Part shown: in pieces, positions 52,126-64,000 of the stretch
How positions within the stretch are numbered: the first letter of the stretch is position 1
Layout of the letters: each line of letters starts with the position of its first letter
Origin: Antedon mediterranea
Lineage: Eukaryota; Animalia; Echinodermata
Direction of reading: 5' to 3'
NCBI RefSeq assembly: GCF_964355755.1
Contig: NC_092677.1
Span: forward strand, 8,144,101 to 8,208,100
Length of the DNA stretch: 64,000 bases
Position numbers and translations under genes: made by a program
The notes under the pieces: model-generated
Told to the model about the DNA's origin: nothing
The model's input: only the letters and a program-made list of their open reading frames with translations
Databases searched by the model: none

Positions 52126-53454
52126 GTATATTTATGCCTAGTTCTGACGCTCACAAGAATAACTTATTGTATTGTGAATTTTTAACTTTGAACAAACGAA
52201 AATAATGTCAAACCACTTTAGGCCTACATATTATTATGTTACTTTATCTGACCATGAAAGTACTTCTTTTCGTTTACGTTCAGATAATGCATGCTATGGT
52301 CAATTTCTATTGTGTTGGTGAATTCTTCATTATAATTATATCAAAATTATGTATAAATCAGTGCACTGCCTATGTTGACCCGTAGTTACCTTAACGCGAC
52401 AGAATTACCCTTCATTTAACAAAAACATTGATGTTGGTAATTTGCTTTTGTCTGACCAGTTTGTCTGTATGCTAACTAACGAATTTATAATAACGATTAC
52501 TCATTTGAAACAGTAACCATTATGCTATTATCGACTATTTTGTTTTTAACATATCATTTAGTATACGTATTGTCATTTTAAATGCTAAATAAATGGAATT
52601 TTAATTTAATCATCCTTAATACAAAACATATTGAACAAAATATCAGTTCATTCGTTTTGTCTCACCGTAGGTAGGCCTAATGTGATATCTTTTAATTCTT
52701 TGATTTTAAATAAGAAGAACGCTTCTTAATAATCTCGTTTATATACCCAGATAAGAATGCTACCATATCAAACTTCTACCAGTAAGTCTTTCTATATTAC
52801 AAAATCCTATATAATCCGTCATAAATTCCACGAATTATTTTCACTGACAGAATAATTCACACAAATATAAATATATATATATATATATATATGTAATTGA
52901 GCAAACTTGATAAACATAAAACAATCCATCTCACTATTTTCTTAAGTAATCCGTTCTGTTAATGGATGCCGTTGTTCTTTTGTAAATTTATCCCAGAATG
53001 TTCAATAAAATATGAAATGTGTCCCATTAAACAAAATTGCTATAACATTAATGTAGGCCCACCAAATAATACTAGCATCTGTACTTACATGTTTTAGTAC
53101 CGTGCACTCAGTAGCCTACAGTAAGTCAATCGTATTCAGGCTTATATAGACGATACATCAAAATACAGCCATCATCATATTATAGTCTTTTTAATTGTTC
53201 CTAGAGTACAGGTAAATGCTATAACCGGTGACTAATTAACGGAAATTACATAATTAGGCCTAAAGTATAAACAATAATGTATTCTCATCTTAACATAAGA
53301 CTATAACAAATGTAGTGGATACTAGTATCGTATACGTCATTTGTAACGCTTCATTGATCACATAATTGACCGTGACCTTATTAAATTGGCCTCGTTCATT
53401 TAATTTTTAAATTTGTTATTGTTGTCTGTAGATTTTTCTTCAGCAAATCCTGCA

Positions 53455-53572
53455 ATGATTTACAATAATGATGATGATGTTCCTAATAATAATGATGACA
53501 ATGACGATGGAGTGGACCACCCGGTGATGATGATGGAGATGATAATGGTGATGATTTATGATAATGATAATT
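53455..53572. repeat. (GAT/AAT)n low-complexity tract
   Basis: Direct reading. Confidence 0.8.
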
Positions 53573-54845
53573 ATAGGGAAAAAGCGAACAGACGTCTAAC
53601 ATTATATGTGGTATAAAATCAACATAAACGTTGGAGGGGAGGGGAATATTCCTATTTTTACACAGGGTATTTATAATTTTAAAATTAAATAAAAACTGGT
53701 GGTGTGTGTATGTGTGATATGTAGGCCTATACCATTATAATAACAATTGGGTCGGTCCCGATCGATTTTGTACTTTTCGTTTTGGGCCTACAGTAGCAAA
53801 AAGTAAAATAACATATTTTTGTGAAAATTCCAATGGATCCCATGCCCATCGTGTGGTTAAGAAGAAATTAACAATATGTTTCTCTTCAGCCGAGATAAGC
53901 TAGTCACATCAACTGGGTATTTTAAACTAATTACTATACACTACTATGATGGCGTTTCAATACGTGTGATTTCGGAGGAATAGTTCATCGATGATGCTAC
54001 AAAGGAGTGAAGGAGGTATTCGCCTAAGGAGAAGGACAGAGACCAGTCAAAGCCTACGTATTAAAGGTTAATCCTATCTAATCCATTTCAATGTGTTTGT
54101 GTTTGCCTTCATAATGATGAAGCCTATATCAAATCATTTTCCGAAATAAAATGGCAAGGTGTTATAATAATGAGTATTAATATTGGATTGATACTGATAC
54201 TGATACTATTTTATTATCGATAGTATTATAAATGGAAATCCATTTGAAATTGGCATGAAATATACAAATTAAAAGATATACTATACAAATTCAGAAGATT
54301 ACAACTAAATAGGCCTACACAAAATATACATTAAAAGCTGGGTTATGTATAGGGCCTAATACATACAGAAGAAAAGCTTGTATCATACAATTTTTAAAAC
54401 TTTAAAACATACAATACAAAAAGGAAGAATTGCACAATGATACGTTAACACTACAGTTTCCTATCTTTTTTGCCGTGAGTTTATCAAAGGTAGTTTATTG
54501 ATTAGGCCTACTCGATCGCGTATGAATTTGTCCTAGTTTATAGGAAAGTTATGCAGGATCACTTACTCACAACTTGAGGGCGACAGACACCAAAGTTGAG
54601 AGGGATTTGATATATCTCGGATTATATGCTGTCATTCCCATTTGAATAGAAACAAAATGTTATCGGCTCATTCGGTGGGTTTATTGTTTGTTTCCCTATG
54701 AATAATAAACGGAACCAACAAACCAATTAAAAAATATTAGCGAATTATATAATTATATAAAATAACGTAACCATTATTATTTGCACATTTCAAATTCACT
54801 TAAATAGAAAAAGATATTTACATTGTTAAATGTTCCACATTGGGG

Positions 54846-55163
54846 TTATTATACAAATAATGAATGTTTATGAGTGCAATGGTACAAATAATGGCACGAG
54901 GTGAATGATGAAAGGTTATATCAACGAGGCAAAGCCGAGTTGATATAACCTTTCATCATTCACCAAGTGCCATTATTTGTACCATTACACGAATACAAAA
55001 CATTCATTATTTGTTTTATATAACATCTAGACGTTTTTTTTTCGTACACAAAAATGTTTCAAAAAGTACTATTTAACGATCGTTGAATAGTGCGTACTAT
55101 TGCACGCCATGTGACCCACATTCGTCCAATCAAATGACAGGAATTTATATAGGTGTTATATAA
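54846..55163. mobile_element. Long-hairpin non-autonomous element (possibly Crypton-like)
   Basis: ~85-bp imperfect inverted arms (54846-55023) around GAGGCAAAGCCGAG. Family assignment is from recall and uncertain. Confidence 0.6.
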
Positions 55164-55355
55164 TATACAATATGCAACATTCCGTATTAGGCCTATACAG
55201 TTGGATAGATGTTAAAAACATCTTTTTCCCTGGCTGTACACGTTAAAGTTTCTGCAGTTTTTCTTATTTTGTTCTATCTTGGAAAGACATAATCTTGGGG
55301 TAATAATGTACATTGTTATAGTTGCCTAGTCCATATTCTCGTTTCGTGACAATAT

Positions 55356-58300
55356 TTATTTATTAATTAGACCAATTCTCTCATCTTCGTTATTTTTCTG
55401 CTCTGACCAAACTTGCTGTTCAGCTTCGGAAAACATGACAAAATACACCATTCCTAGTAAATTGATTCCACCCGTTAAAGAGAATAAGACAGTCCATCGT
55501 TCGAGAGAATTCTGAAAATAAACATTATTGACATAATTATCATGGTGAGAAGCACGTTCATGGATATGTTAATTCAATTATCTCTTCTACTCATAACATT
55601 TATCTACAGATACTCTTATGATCAAATAAAAGCCTTAAATAAAGAAATGAAAATTAATAAAGGAATTAAGTAAAAATCTATAGTGATTCCGGATTAGCCC
55701 TAGTACAGGCCTAAGTTTATTTTGTTGTGGTAAAATAGCCTACGAATTACTATGGTTTTTTTTTTGTTTTTTGTTTTTTGTTTTTTCTTTATTCGAATTC
55801 ATAAAATAACACAACATAAAAAATACAAAGAATGAATTCAGGGTAACACAAAAAAGTAACCAAAGGTCAAACTTATTTCCATTGTGGCCCTTAAGGATAA
55901 AAACATGGTGGTTATATTTAGCCCTACCTGTTCTTTAATTAGAAGTCCAGTGACAATCGGGATGATGATTCCGGTGCAGCTTGCAAATGTGTGTGTGGCT
56001 CCCGCCACAAATCCAGCATATTCGTCGGCTATATCCATTGCGTTTGGAAAAACTGAAGCACTATTAAAACCATGCACAGCGAAAAACACAATATACAGAA
56101 TCTCAACCGCCAATACATTATAACCAGTGACAACAAGTGGAATAAAACCAACAACAGATAGGACAACACCTGTTTCAAACCAGACATTAGAAAAATTAAA
56201 AGTTTAAACTTTTAATAACTTTTAAACTACATCGTTTAAAAGTGGATAAAATTACCTCCGCTTAGATTTCACTAAAGTTTTAAAAACTGGACTGTAAAAT
56301 ATTAGGCCTACCTAATACAACAAATAGATGTCTTGTTTTCAGAATACTAAGGTATTTTTGTTTAATGATATAGTCCGCAACAGCAGCAGACAGTAAGCCA
56401 GTCACTGCTGCAATACAACTTGGCAATGAGGTTAACAAACCAATCTAAATGATAAACAATAACATTATAAGAACAACTTAAAATTAGTGAGACTTAAGTG
56501 ATAATCTTACAGCTTTAACTAAATTATCAAAATAGGAAACATACTGAAACTATTTTAAAGAATTAAGTTTTAAGTATATCTTTTATCCGTCTCACCTTAT
56601 TTACATTAACCCCAAACATGTTCGAAAAAAACGTAGGTACTTCAATTAGAAAGAAGTTGTAAGCAAACGTAGTAGAAAACTTTGCAACGGCAATGGCCCA
56701 AACCGGCTTCGACGTGAATATATCGTATAGTGGAATCGCACGTGACTGAAAAAAAAGTAATTGAAGGTATTTCCAATAGTTCTTTTTCTAATATCCCTAA
56801 AAATGCTTGAAAACTTAGTAATAGCCCTATACGCTACTTCATCAAATTATTAAATTTTTAATTTTCCCCCTGCGAGCTATTTTTACACGAGTTGTAATTA
56901 TGGTCGATTTTTGATATTTGAAATAAAAGTGAAAAAAATACAAACAAAAGTTTGATAAAATTGTCTAAAGCCTATAGACTATCAAACTAGTTTGACATAA
57001 AATAGTGATGTGCCCAAATATGGCATCACATTCTACTGCCACATTTAATAGTAGACAAAGCTCTGGTTATACTATGCTTTATTAGTAAACTTTATCAAAT
57101 TGTGCAAACTGCTTGTTGGCTCATTTTTAGAAACTAAAGTTTAAACCTAAAGAAACTAGTGTAGAATCTAGGCAAAGGAGGCATTGATACCTTATTCTGA
57201 TTTGGTGTATTACTTATGTATTCATCTTGCTCCGCCGGTGACTCTGAAACGAAGGTTATCCACAGAATTGCTAAAACAGCTCCAAACATACCTTTAACAC
57301 ATAATGAAAAAGTAAAAATACACAAGTACACCCGAGTTAGAGAAGATTGCAATATGCAAACTACTAGAGCCAATCTTGATTGCTACACTCGCCGCGTTGA
57401 CTGCTCTGGCTACACTAACAAACTAGTTTGACAAAACATATGTGATGTGCCCAAATATGGTAGTGATATACCCAAATATGTTACAGTAGTATAATATGAC
57501 ATCATCATTTCCATATATGGGCACATCACATTTGTTTTTCATATAAAGTTTGAGGATAAATACTATAAGGACTTTTAGAAACAAAAAAAAGCATGTTTGA
57601 CTTGCATCGGTTTTAGTTCAAATGGGCAATAAACGAATATAAGCAGGATTCGGGGGATTGAATTTGGCTTAGGCCTGGTAATTGGCTGTGACGTAGTTGA
57701 CATAATCACTATACCCTAGCCTAACAACATATTAAAATTAAAAGTATTGCAATGAACACACAACATTGTGTATGATTAAAAACATTAGTTAATAGTCTAT
57801 TAACTTTAGTGACGTTTAGTAGCTTTATTTGTTATAATAATTCCAATATCAAAATACGTATTAGATGTTGAGGAAAACGAAATTCTTTACTGTATATATA
57901 AAACGACATTGGCCATCCTCCAATCTTGTACGAGGAACAGATCAGTCCGGACGTATAACTTGCAATCACGCCTCCAAATGCCTTGCCTTTAAAATAGTAT
58001 TTAACATGTGTAATATGACGTAGCAGAAACAAAAACATTGGTCTCTATAGGACGCAACGCAAGTACGTAAGCGAAACGCAAATGAGTTGACCAATGACAA
58101 ACGACAGTTCGAATATCGCTTGTGATTGGTCAAACTACTGGCGTTGGGCGTACGTCACGCTTGCGTCACGTTTTATAGCGATCATAATGTACTTTTAGGA
58201 AGATTACTACAGGAGTAGTCTCAGAAACCGTTATGAATGTACACTATGAATCAGATGTCTTTTCACTATTTCTCTCTATTAACATACAGATGCATTTTAT

Positions 58301-60067
58301 ATTTGAAAATCATGATTGCATACCAGCAAATACTATTGATACCATTATACTTCGTTCACCGACATTAGCCCATTTGCTCAATAAAGTGAAAACAGCAGGA
58401 ATCACCATGCCCTAAATAAATTAATTAAAATTGGTTAAAGTCCACAAACACATTAAAATAGTATTACGTAGACAGCATTGCTCCACTGCTATAAGAAGAA
58501 TGGTACAAAAATGGTGAACAACCAATAAGAGTAAAAACTGTACCACAAATCAAATATTGACTATTATTTTGATATATTTTTTTTAAATAATATTTTTCTT
58601 TCTATAGATATTTTTACCTGAAATAAAGAATTAATTTGCAATGTTTGAACAAACCTTAATAACGCCGTCCAAAATCCGTAATGTTATAAGTAGACCAACA
58701 TGTACACTCGCTGCCCATGGTGATAAAGCTGAGATCAAACTCATCGAAATTATCACAAACGTAATTATACATTTTCCTCCTAGTTTAACCGCCAGAATGC
58801 CTCCTGGTATTTGCATGACAGTATATCCATAATAAAATGCTCCGAGTAAGGTCTGCTGTGTCATTTTGTCCCAATCATAGGTTGGTATCTGATACAGTGA
58901 AACCTCGTGTAAGCGGACAGATCGGGCAAAATGACAAATTACTAGGCAGGGCCAGGATCTGTCAAGAGGGTGTTCGAACACTAAGTATTTGGGACACTTC
59001 CCTGTGACCTGAGGGGGGCGAAGCGAATTTTGTTAAATGACACCCCTAGATGGCCGGAGATGGTACTCTCGCACATAGCATTCATGATAAATGGCACCTC
59101 TAATTGGTCGGAAAAGACACTCTCACCCAGCATGTTACCAATGAGCAAATCGATCGTATTCGTACTTTTTTCCTCCTCCTCACACACGTGGACTATTTAA
59201 CCGCCCGATTGTTTGATCATTTATTCGGTATTTTGTTTTGCATTCAAGTTCAATGTGAACGTGCGTCAGGGAATCGCCGAAAAAGCACACTTTGGGTAAG
59301 TAGGCTTATTATAGCTCTACATATTTATTTACAGCAATTTATTGAGGAAATTAAATATATCAATGCTATATTTCGTTTGTTGGTGATTTTTTTTAACGCA
59401 AAGTTCATGTGTGAATGCTTTTAGTAGTCGTCGTCAGAAGTTTATCGACCTTTTCTCATGTGTAGTAGAGCGTTTCTTTGATTAAATCAATAATATTAGG
59501 TATTCATGCGGAGGATTATTTTGTAGCGTTCCATTTAAAATAGGTCGCTAAATTCTTTGGCGCCAGCATTACTTCTTTTACCAATTTTAACAATTAAGAT
59601 AACAATGATAAAATGCCTTGCAACTCTGTAACTACTTTATGACTAAGCCTATCAAGTTCTAACTTGTCTGAGATTGTATTTTATTTACTGTAGGCCTATA
59701 TAGAATTTTAACTTAAATCATCTGTTAGCCTATGATTTTCTAATACATTGAGTAAAAAGAGCACTTAGTGAGCGAGCGAATATTAAATATTAACATTTTT
59801 TTAGAAAAACACCGACCTTTCTCATAAAAGATAACATAAATGCAAATAATTCACATTGCGCATAGCACGTACACGTATGCCTACAATACCTACTTGATTA
59901 TGTCGATTTGTAATTGAATTAAAGTTGGATTCATTGTAAGGCGCAAGTGTAAATGTTGAATCGTTTTTTCTAACCATCTCTAAAATGGCGATGTTTATGT
60001 TCAATCTTGTACAGTATGATATAATATTTACGAAACAACATGCCACTGATACGAAATACTGTTTCAT
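55356..60067 (-). CDS. SLC17 family (sialin-like, MFS anion:cation symporter), ~457 aa, 9 coding exons
   Basis: Exons 60067-59894, 58888-58655, 58411-58324, 57986-57891, 57291-57191, 56745-56596, 56444-56312, 56169-55928, 55511-55356 (1374 nt, open). Motifs YCTRLNINIAILEM, DWD...Q..LLGAFYYGY...QIPGG, SKWA...ERS, GGWPMSFY, SKPVWAI, NAMDIA..YAG. Confidence 0.9.
56967..57560. mobile_element. Two copies of a MITE family flanking one SLC17 exon (~56967-57065 and ~57402-57555)
   Basis: AAACTAGTTTGACA..GTGATGTGCCCAAATATGG is shared; the second copy has the inverted CCATATATGGGCACATCAC. Confidence 0.7.
58038..58185. mobile_element. Palindromic MITE (family copy 3)
   Basis: GACGCAA..GTACG..TTGACCAATGACAA..TTGTGATTGGTCAA..CGTAC..TTGCGTC. 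Confidence 0.65.
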
Positions 60068-60941
60068 TTTCTTTGAAACTTATTATTGTTATAGCCGGCC
60101 AGCTGTGTAATATATATTTACAACTTCATGACGCCATCGTTCGTCTACAGAAACCGACCTAAAGTGGAAAAACATCCAAACAAAGCTGTTCATGTATATT
60201 ATATATATTATTGATTATATAAGATAATAATATAATTTTAAGTAGACCTGCTGATCGATACTTTTACATCGATCGAAACATTTACAAACGCGTTAAGTTA
60301 TCTATACTTACAGATTCAAAAGGCTAACTTCTCCAAACTCGTTTAGGTGGATTTTTCGATATTGTAATCAATCATGGTAGGTTCCAATACAGTATTTCAT
60401 TAAAATATATTCATTCCATTTCAATCCTTTTATCATTTAGATATTTTTATAATAACAAAATAAATGCGTTCAACCATGGAGGACGTACGTCCAAAATAGG
60501 CCAAGGACAACGCATACAAAATATTGACATGATATTTCCTTTTATTTATATAAAAATATATTCCAAAGGGTTTCACAAAAAATACCTGTTTCACGGTGTG
60601 TTGAACTTTCTGATAAATGAAAATTTATCTGAATCTATCAGTAATTGACCAATGCTGATTCTGTCCGTAACTGACCAATGATGAATAAATAACACTCACC
60701 ATTGATGTTGTTGAATTGAATTGGAGAAGCATTGTTTTTTCACTACTATCTAACTGTTTAGTTAGTATTTTGATGGCCAACACTCTACACTGATTCCATT
60801 AACGACCTTGTATACCTACCAATGAAGCGTGACCAAAAAACACAATTGTACAGCAGTTGTTAAACAATGTACATATTACAGTGTAGTAGGTATGCAGTAT
60901 AGGCTATATGTATTCTTTTTAGGCTTCCATTCCAATCCAAA
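60068..60941. promoter_or_regulatory. Putative bidirectional promoter between divergent SLC17 paralogs
   Basis: 874 bp between the ATGs; TGACCAATG at ~60647 and ~60672, ACCAATG at ~60818; acceptor TTCTTTTTAG ends at 60922, just before the plus-strand ATG. Confidence 0.55.
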
Positions 60942-63900
60942 ATGAAACGATATTTTGTAACATTTGCTTGTTGTTTAGTGAATATTTTATGTTACTGTAC
61001 AAGGTTAAACATCAATATTGCCATTTTAGAGATGGTTAAAAGAAATGGAACCACTTCTACACGTCAGACTAACAACCACTCCAACATTGATACCAGTAGG
61101 CCTACAAATCAACCTAATATTCAAGTAAGTATTTAGATATGTATCTAATTATCGATCACGAAAAGTCAGGACGGGAAATAATCTTTACAGTGGGATAGTC
61201 TGCAACGTTTAATAGAATTGCGTACAATCGGTTTATGTATAGCCTAAACCGAGTTACTAGATAACAGGAATCTTTCGATTGCGACGATCAATGACATAGG
61301 AACAAGCTAGGTATTGTAAATCGTTCTGTCGTCACCTAACAAACAAAAACATTCACTAAACTGAGTCGAAGTGGAGAACGCAGAAAGCACGTCCTAACTT
61401 CTTTGTATGCGCACACTGATAGATCAGTTATAACATAGAGATATAGTTATACAGGTTCTAGGACACCTACCCCCTAGACAGTTACCCCCCGGATGTTTAC
61501 CACCCGGACAACTACTCCTTAGAACAACTACCCCCCGGACAACTACCCCCCGGAAAACTACCCCCTTAGGACAACTTCCCCCTTAGGACAACTACCCCCT
61601 TAGGATAACAACCCCCCGGACAACTACCCCCCGGACAACCACCCCCTTAGGACAACTACACCCTTAGGATAACTACCCCCCGGGTAACTACCCCCCGGGT
61701 AACTACCACCCGGTCAACTACCACCCGGTCAACTACCCCCCCCCCCTCCCCCAATCCAAAAGTAGACAAATATATTGGACCGGTTTCTGTATAAATGAAA
61801 TCATCTGTTTTTAACGGGTGTTTCGAAACTAGAGACCCGAGACCAGAGACCTGACACGAGACCCAATATGAAAAGGGAGACCTATATTTGGGTATTTCGT
61901 ATATTAGGGTCTCCCTTTTCGTATAGTGTGGTCTCTTTTTTCGTATAGTGGGGTCTCCCTTTTCTTATAGTGGGTCTCCCTTTTCATATTTTTGGGTCTC
62001 CCATTTTGTATATTTGGGTCTCCCTTTTCGTATATTTGGGTCTCCCTTTTCGTATATTTAGGTCTCCCTTTTCGTATATTAGGGTCTCCCTTTTCGTATA
62101 GTGGGGTCTCCCTTTTCGTATAGTAGGGTCTCCCTTTTCGTACGTGGGTCTCCCTTTTCGTATATTTAGGTCTCTCTTTTCGTATTGGGTCTCGGGTCTC
62201 TGGTCTCGGGTCTCTAGTTTCGAAACACCCGTTTTTAACCGATTATTCTGTTTAACAGCACGCTAGACCCTAGATGTGCTAGATTTAAAGTACCGTATTT
62301 ATTCAAAAAACGGCCTGGGCTGTTTATTGTTTAGGTGGTTTTTAGGTGGACATTTATTGGAAGAAAGTTGTTTATTCAATGGGAGGGGGTATAATCTAAT
62401 GGAAATAGACGCCGATTATTCCATATGATGTTTCATGGGAGTGACATGGTCACTGTTTATTTGAGGGGAATTTATTTAAAGATCGCCGTTTATTCGGTGA
62501 GTGAACATTGAGGTCAAATATCAAAAGTGATATTATTCTTCAAGTGTACAAAAATACATATATGACAAATTTGAGACAAAAATTAATTCTTTTAAGACCA
62601 GTGGTTATCGAAGCATTGTCCTGACGCAAAAATTATTATTATTATTAGCAAACCCAGTCTTTACAGTAAATACAGGGAGTACTATATAATACGTTCGACT
62701 ATCCTATGATCATGTGTGACAATCTTCAGTTTATACCAGGCTATAGTTATGTTCAATCTTTTACTTTTGTTTACAATAATGAATAGTAATTCGTCAAAGT
62801 AACGAATTAAAATATAGTTATTAATTCCTATTATACACTGTTGCAGAGTCAGGTTGTTGAATGGTCTGGGTGGTAGTTGTCCGTCCGGGGGGTAGTTGTT
62901 CTAAAGGGATAGTTTTCTGGGTGGTAGTTGTCCAGGGGTTAGTTGTCCTACGAAGGTAGTTGTCCTAAAAGATTATTTGCCCTCGGAGTATTGTCCAGGT
63001 CCAGGAGGTAGTTGTCCTACGGGGAGTATTGTGTCAGAGGTAGTTGTCCGCGGGGTAATTACTCGGGGGGGGGGGGGGGGGTATTTGTCCGGGGGGTTAT
63101 TGTCCGGGGGGGGTAATTACCCGGGGGGGGGGGTAATTCTCCGGGGGATAATTGTCAGGGGGTAATTGTTCCTAGGGGTAATTGTCCAGGGGGTAGTTGT
63201 CCAGGGGTTAGTTGTCCTACGGAGGTAGTTGTCCTAAAAGATTATTTGCCCTCGGAGTATTGTCCATGAAGTAGTTGTCCTACGGGGAGTATTGTGTCAG
63301 AGGTAGTTGTCCGCGGGGTAATTACTCGGGGGGGGGGGTATTTGTCCGGGGGGTTATTGTCCGGGGGGTAATTGTTCCTAGGGGGTTATTGTCCGTGGGG
63401 TAATTGTTCCTAGGGGGTAATTGCCCGGGGGGTAGTTGTCCAGGGGGTAGTTGTCCTAAGGAGGTTGTTGTCCTAAGGGGGTAGTTGTCCGGGGGGTATT
63501 TGTCCGGGGGGTAGTTGTCCTAAAGGGGTAGTTGTCCTAAGGGGGTAGTGGTCCAGGTGGTGGTTGTCCGGGGGGTAGTTTTCCGGGGGGTAAATGTCCA
63601 GGGGGTGAATATCCGGATACGAGTTATACAATATGTCTATGGTTATAATGAGCCTGGGGCGTCACTTAACAGGATATGTTTCGTGGATATACTAAATATT
63701 GTTTACCGGCATTTGGTTAATAAATCGTATCAATGTATTTATTACAGATACCAACTTATGATTGGGATGAAATTACGCAGCAAATGCTACTCGGAGCCTT
63801 TTATTATGGAAAAGCTGCCATGGAAATACCAGGAGGGATTTTGACTGTTAAGACTGGAGGAAAAAATATTATTTCATTTGCAATTATTTTGACGAGTTTG

Positions 63901-63981
63901 ATAGCAGCTTTGTCACCGTTGGCAGCGAGCATACATGTTGGTCTACTCTTAACGTTACGGATTTTGGATGGAATCGCACAG
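60942..63981 (+). CDS. Second SLC17/sialin-like transporter, first two coding exons (continues beyond window)
   Basis: Exons 60942-61124 (MKRYFVTFACC...YCTRLNINIAILEM) and 63748-63981 (IPTYDWD...RILDGIAQ|gtttgt); same intron positions and same 234-nt exon as the minus-strand paralog. Confidence 0.88.
61454..63621. mobile_element. Mutator/MULE-like foldback element with long modular C-rich/G-rich inverted arms
   Basis: Left arm (GGACAACTACCCCC..)n at 61454-61750, right arm (GGGGGTAGTTGTCC)n at ~62865-63621; exact 9-bp duplication AGTTATACA at 61445-61453 and 63622-63630. Confidence 0.85.
61816..62230. mobile_element. Second MULE-like MITE nested in the foldback element
   Basis: Perfect ~36-bp TIR GGGTGTTTCGAAACTAGAGACCCGAGACCAGAGACC; 9-bp duplication GTTTTTAAC (61807-61815, 62231-62239); internal ~23-bp repeats GGGTCTCCCTTTTCGTATA. 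Confidence 0.9.
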
Positions 63982-64000
63982 GTTTGTTTAAAATCTTCTA

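Noticed and set aside
62977-63844. Gly/Val-rich ORFs
   Set aside because: Translations of the G-rich foldback arm; the real exon from 63748 is in another frame.

Overview
Animal (metazoan) nuclear DNA, AT-rich and intron-containing. The repeat types and intronless orphan GPCRs suggest an invertebrate such as an echinoderm (inference only). I rebuilt four complete spliced genes by hand on the minus strand, using GT-AG boundaries and checking reading-frame phase: (1) a ~434 aa protein with signal peptide, JmjC/cupin domain, EF-hand-like motif and C-terminal RDEL; (2) a ~411 aa three-Ig-domain transmembrane receptor with paired cytoplasmic tyrosine motifs; (3) a ~408 aa PAF-acetylhydrolase (PLA2G7/PAFAH2 family); (4) a ~457 aa SLC17/sialin-like transporter. 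A head-to-head SLC17 paralog runs off the right edge, and there are two intronless class A GPCRs. The rest is repeat-rich: a palindromic higher-order satellite (1-2.4 kb), two copies of a non-autonomous Helitron, nested insertions (MITE>Helitron>L2 LINE, MULE>MULE, RTE>Harbinger MITE), SINEs, and a Penelope-type end carrying a minimal hammerhead ribozyme. The most unusual signals are a strong excess of TAGGCCTA that behaves like a transposon excision footprint (seen as insertions between repeat copies and in-frame inside two exons), the putative ER-lumenal JmjC oxygenase, and altered transport-site residues in the SLC17 pair. All coordinates and counts were read by eye; no searches were run.
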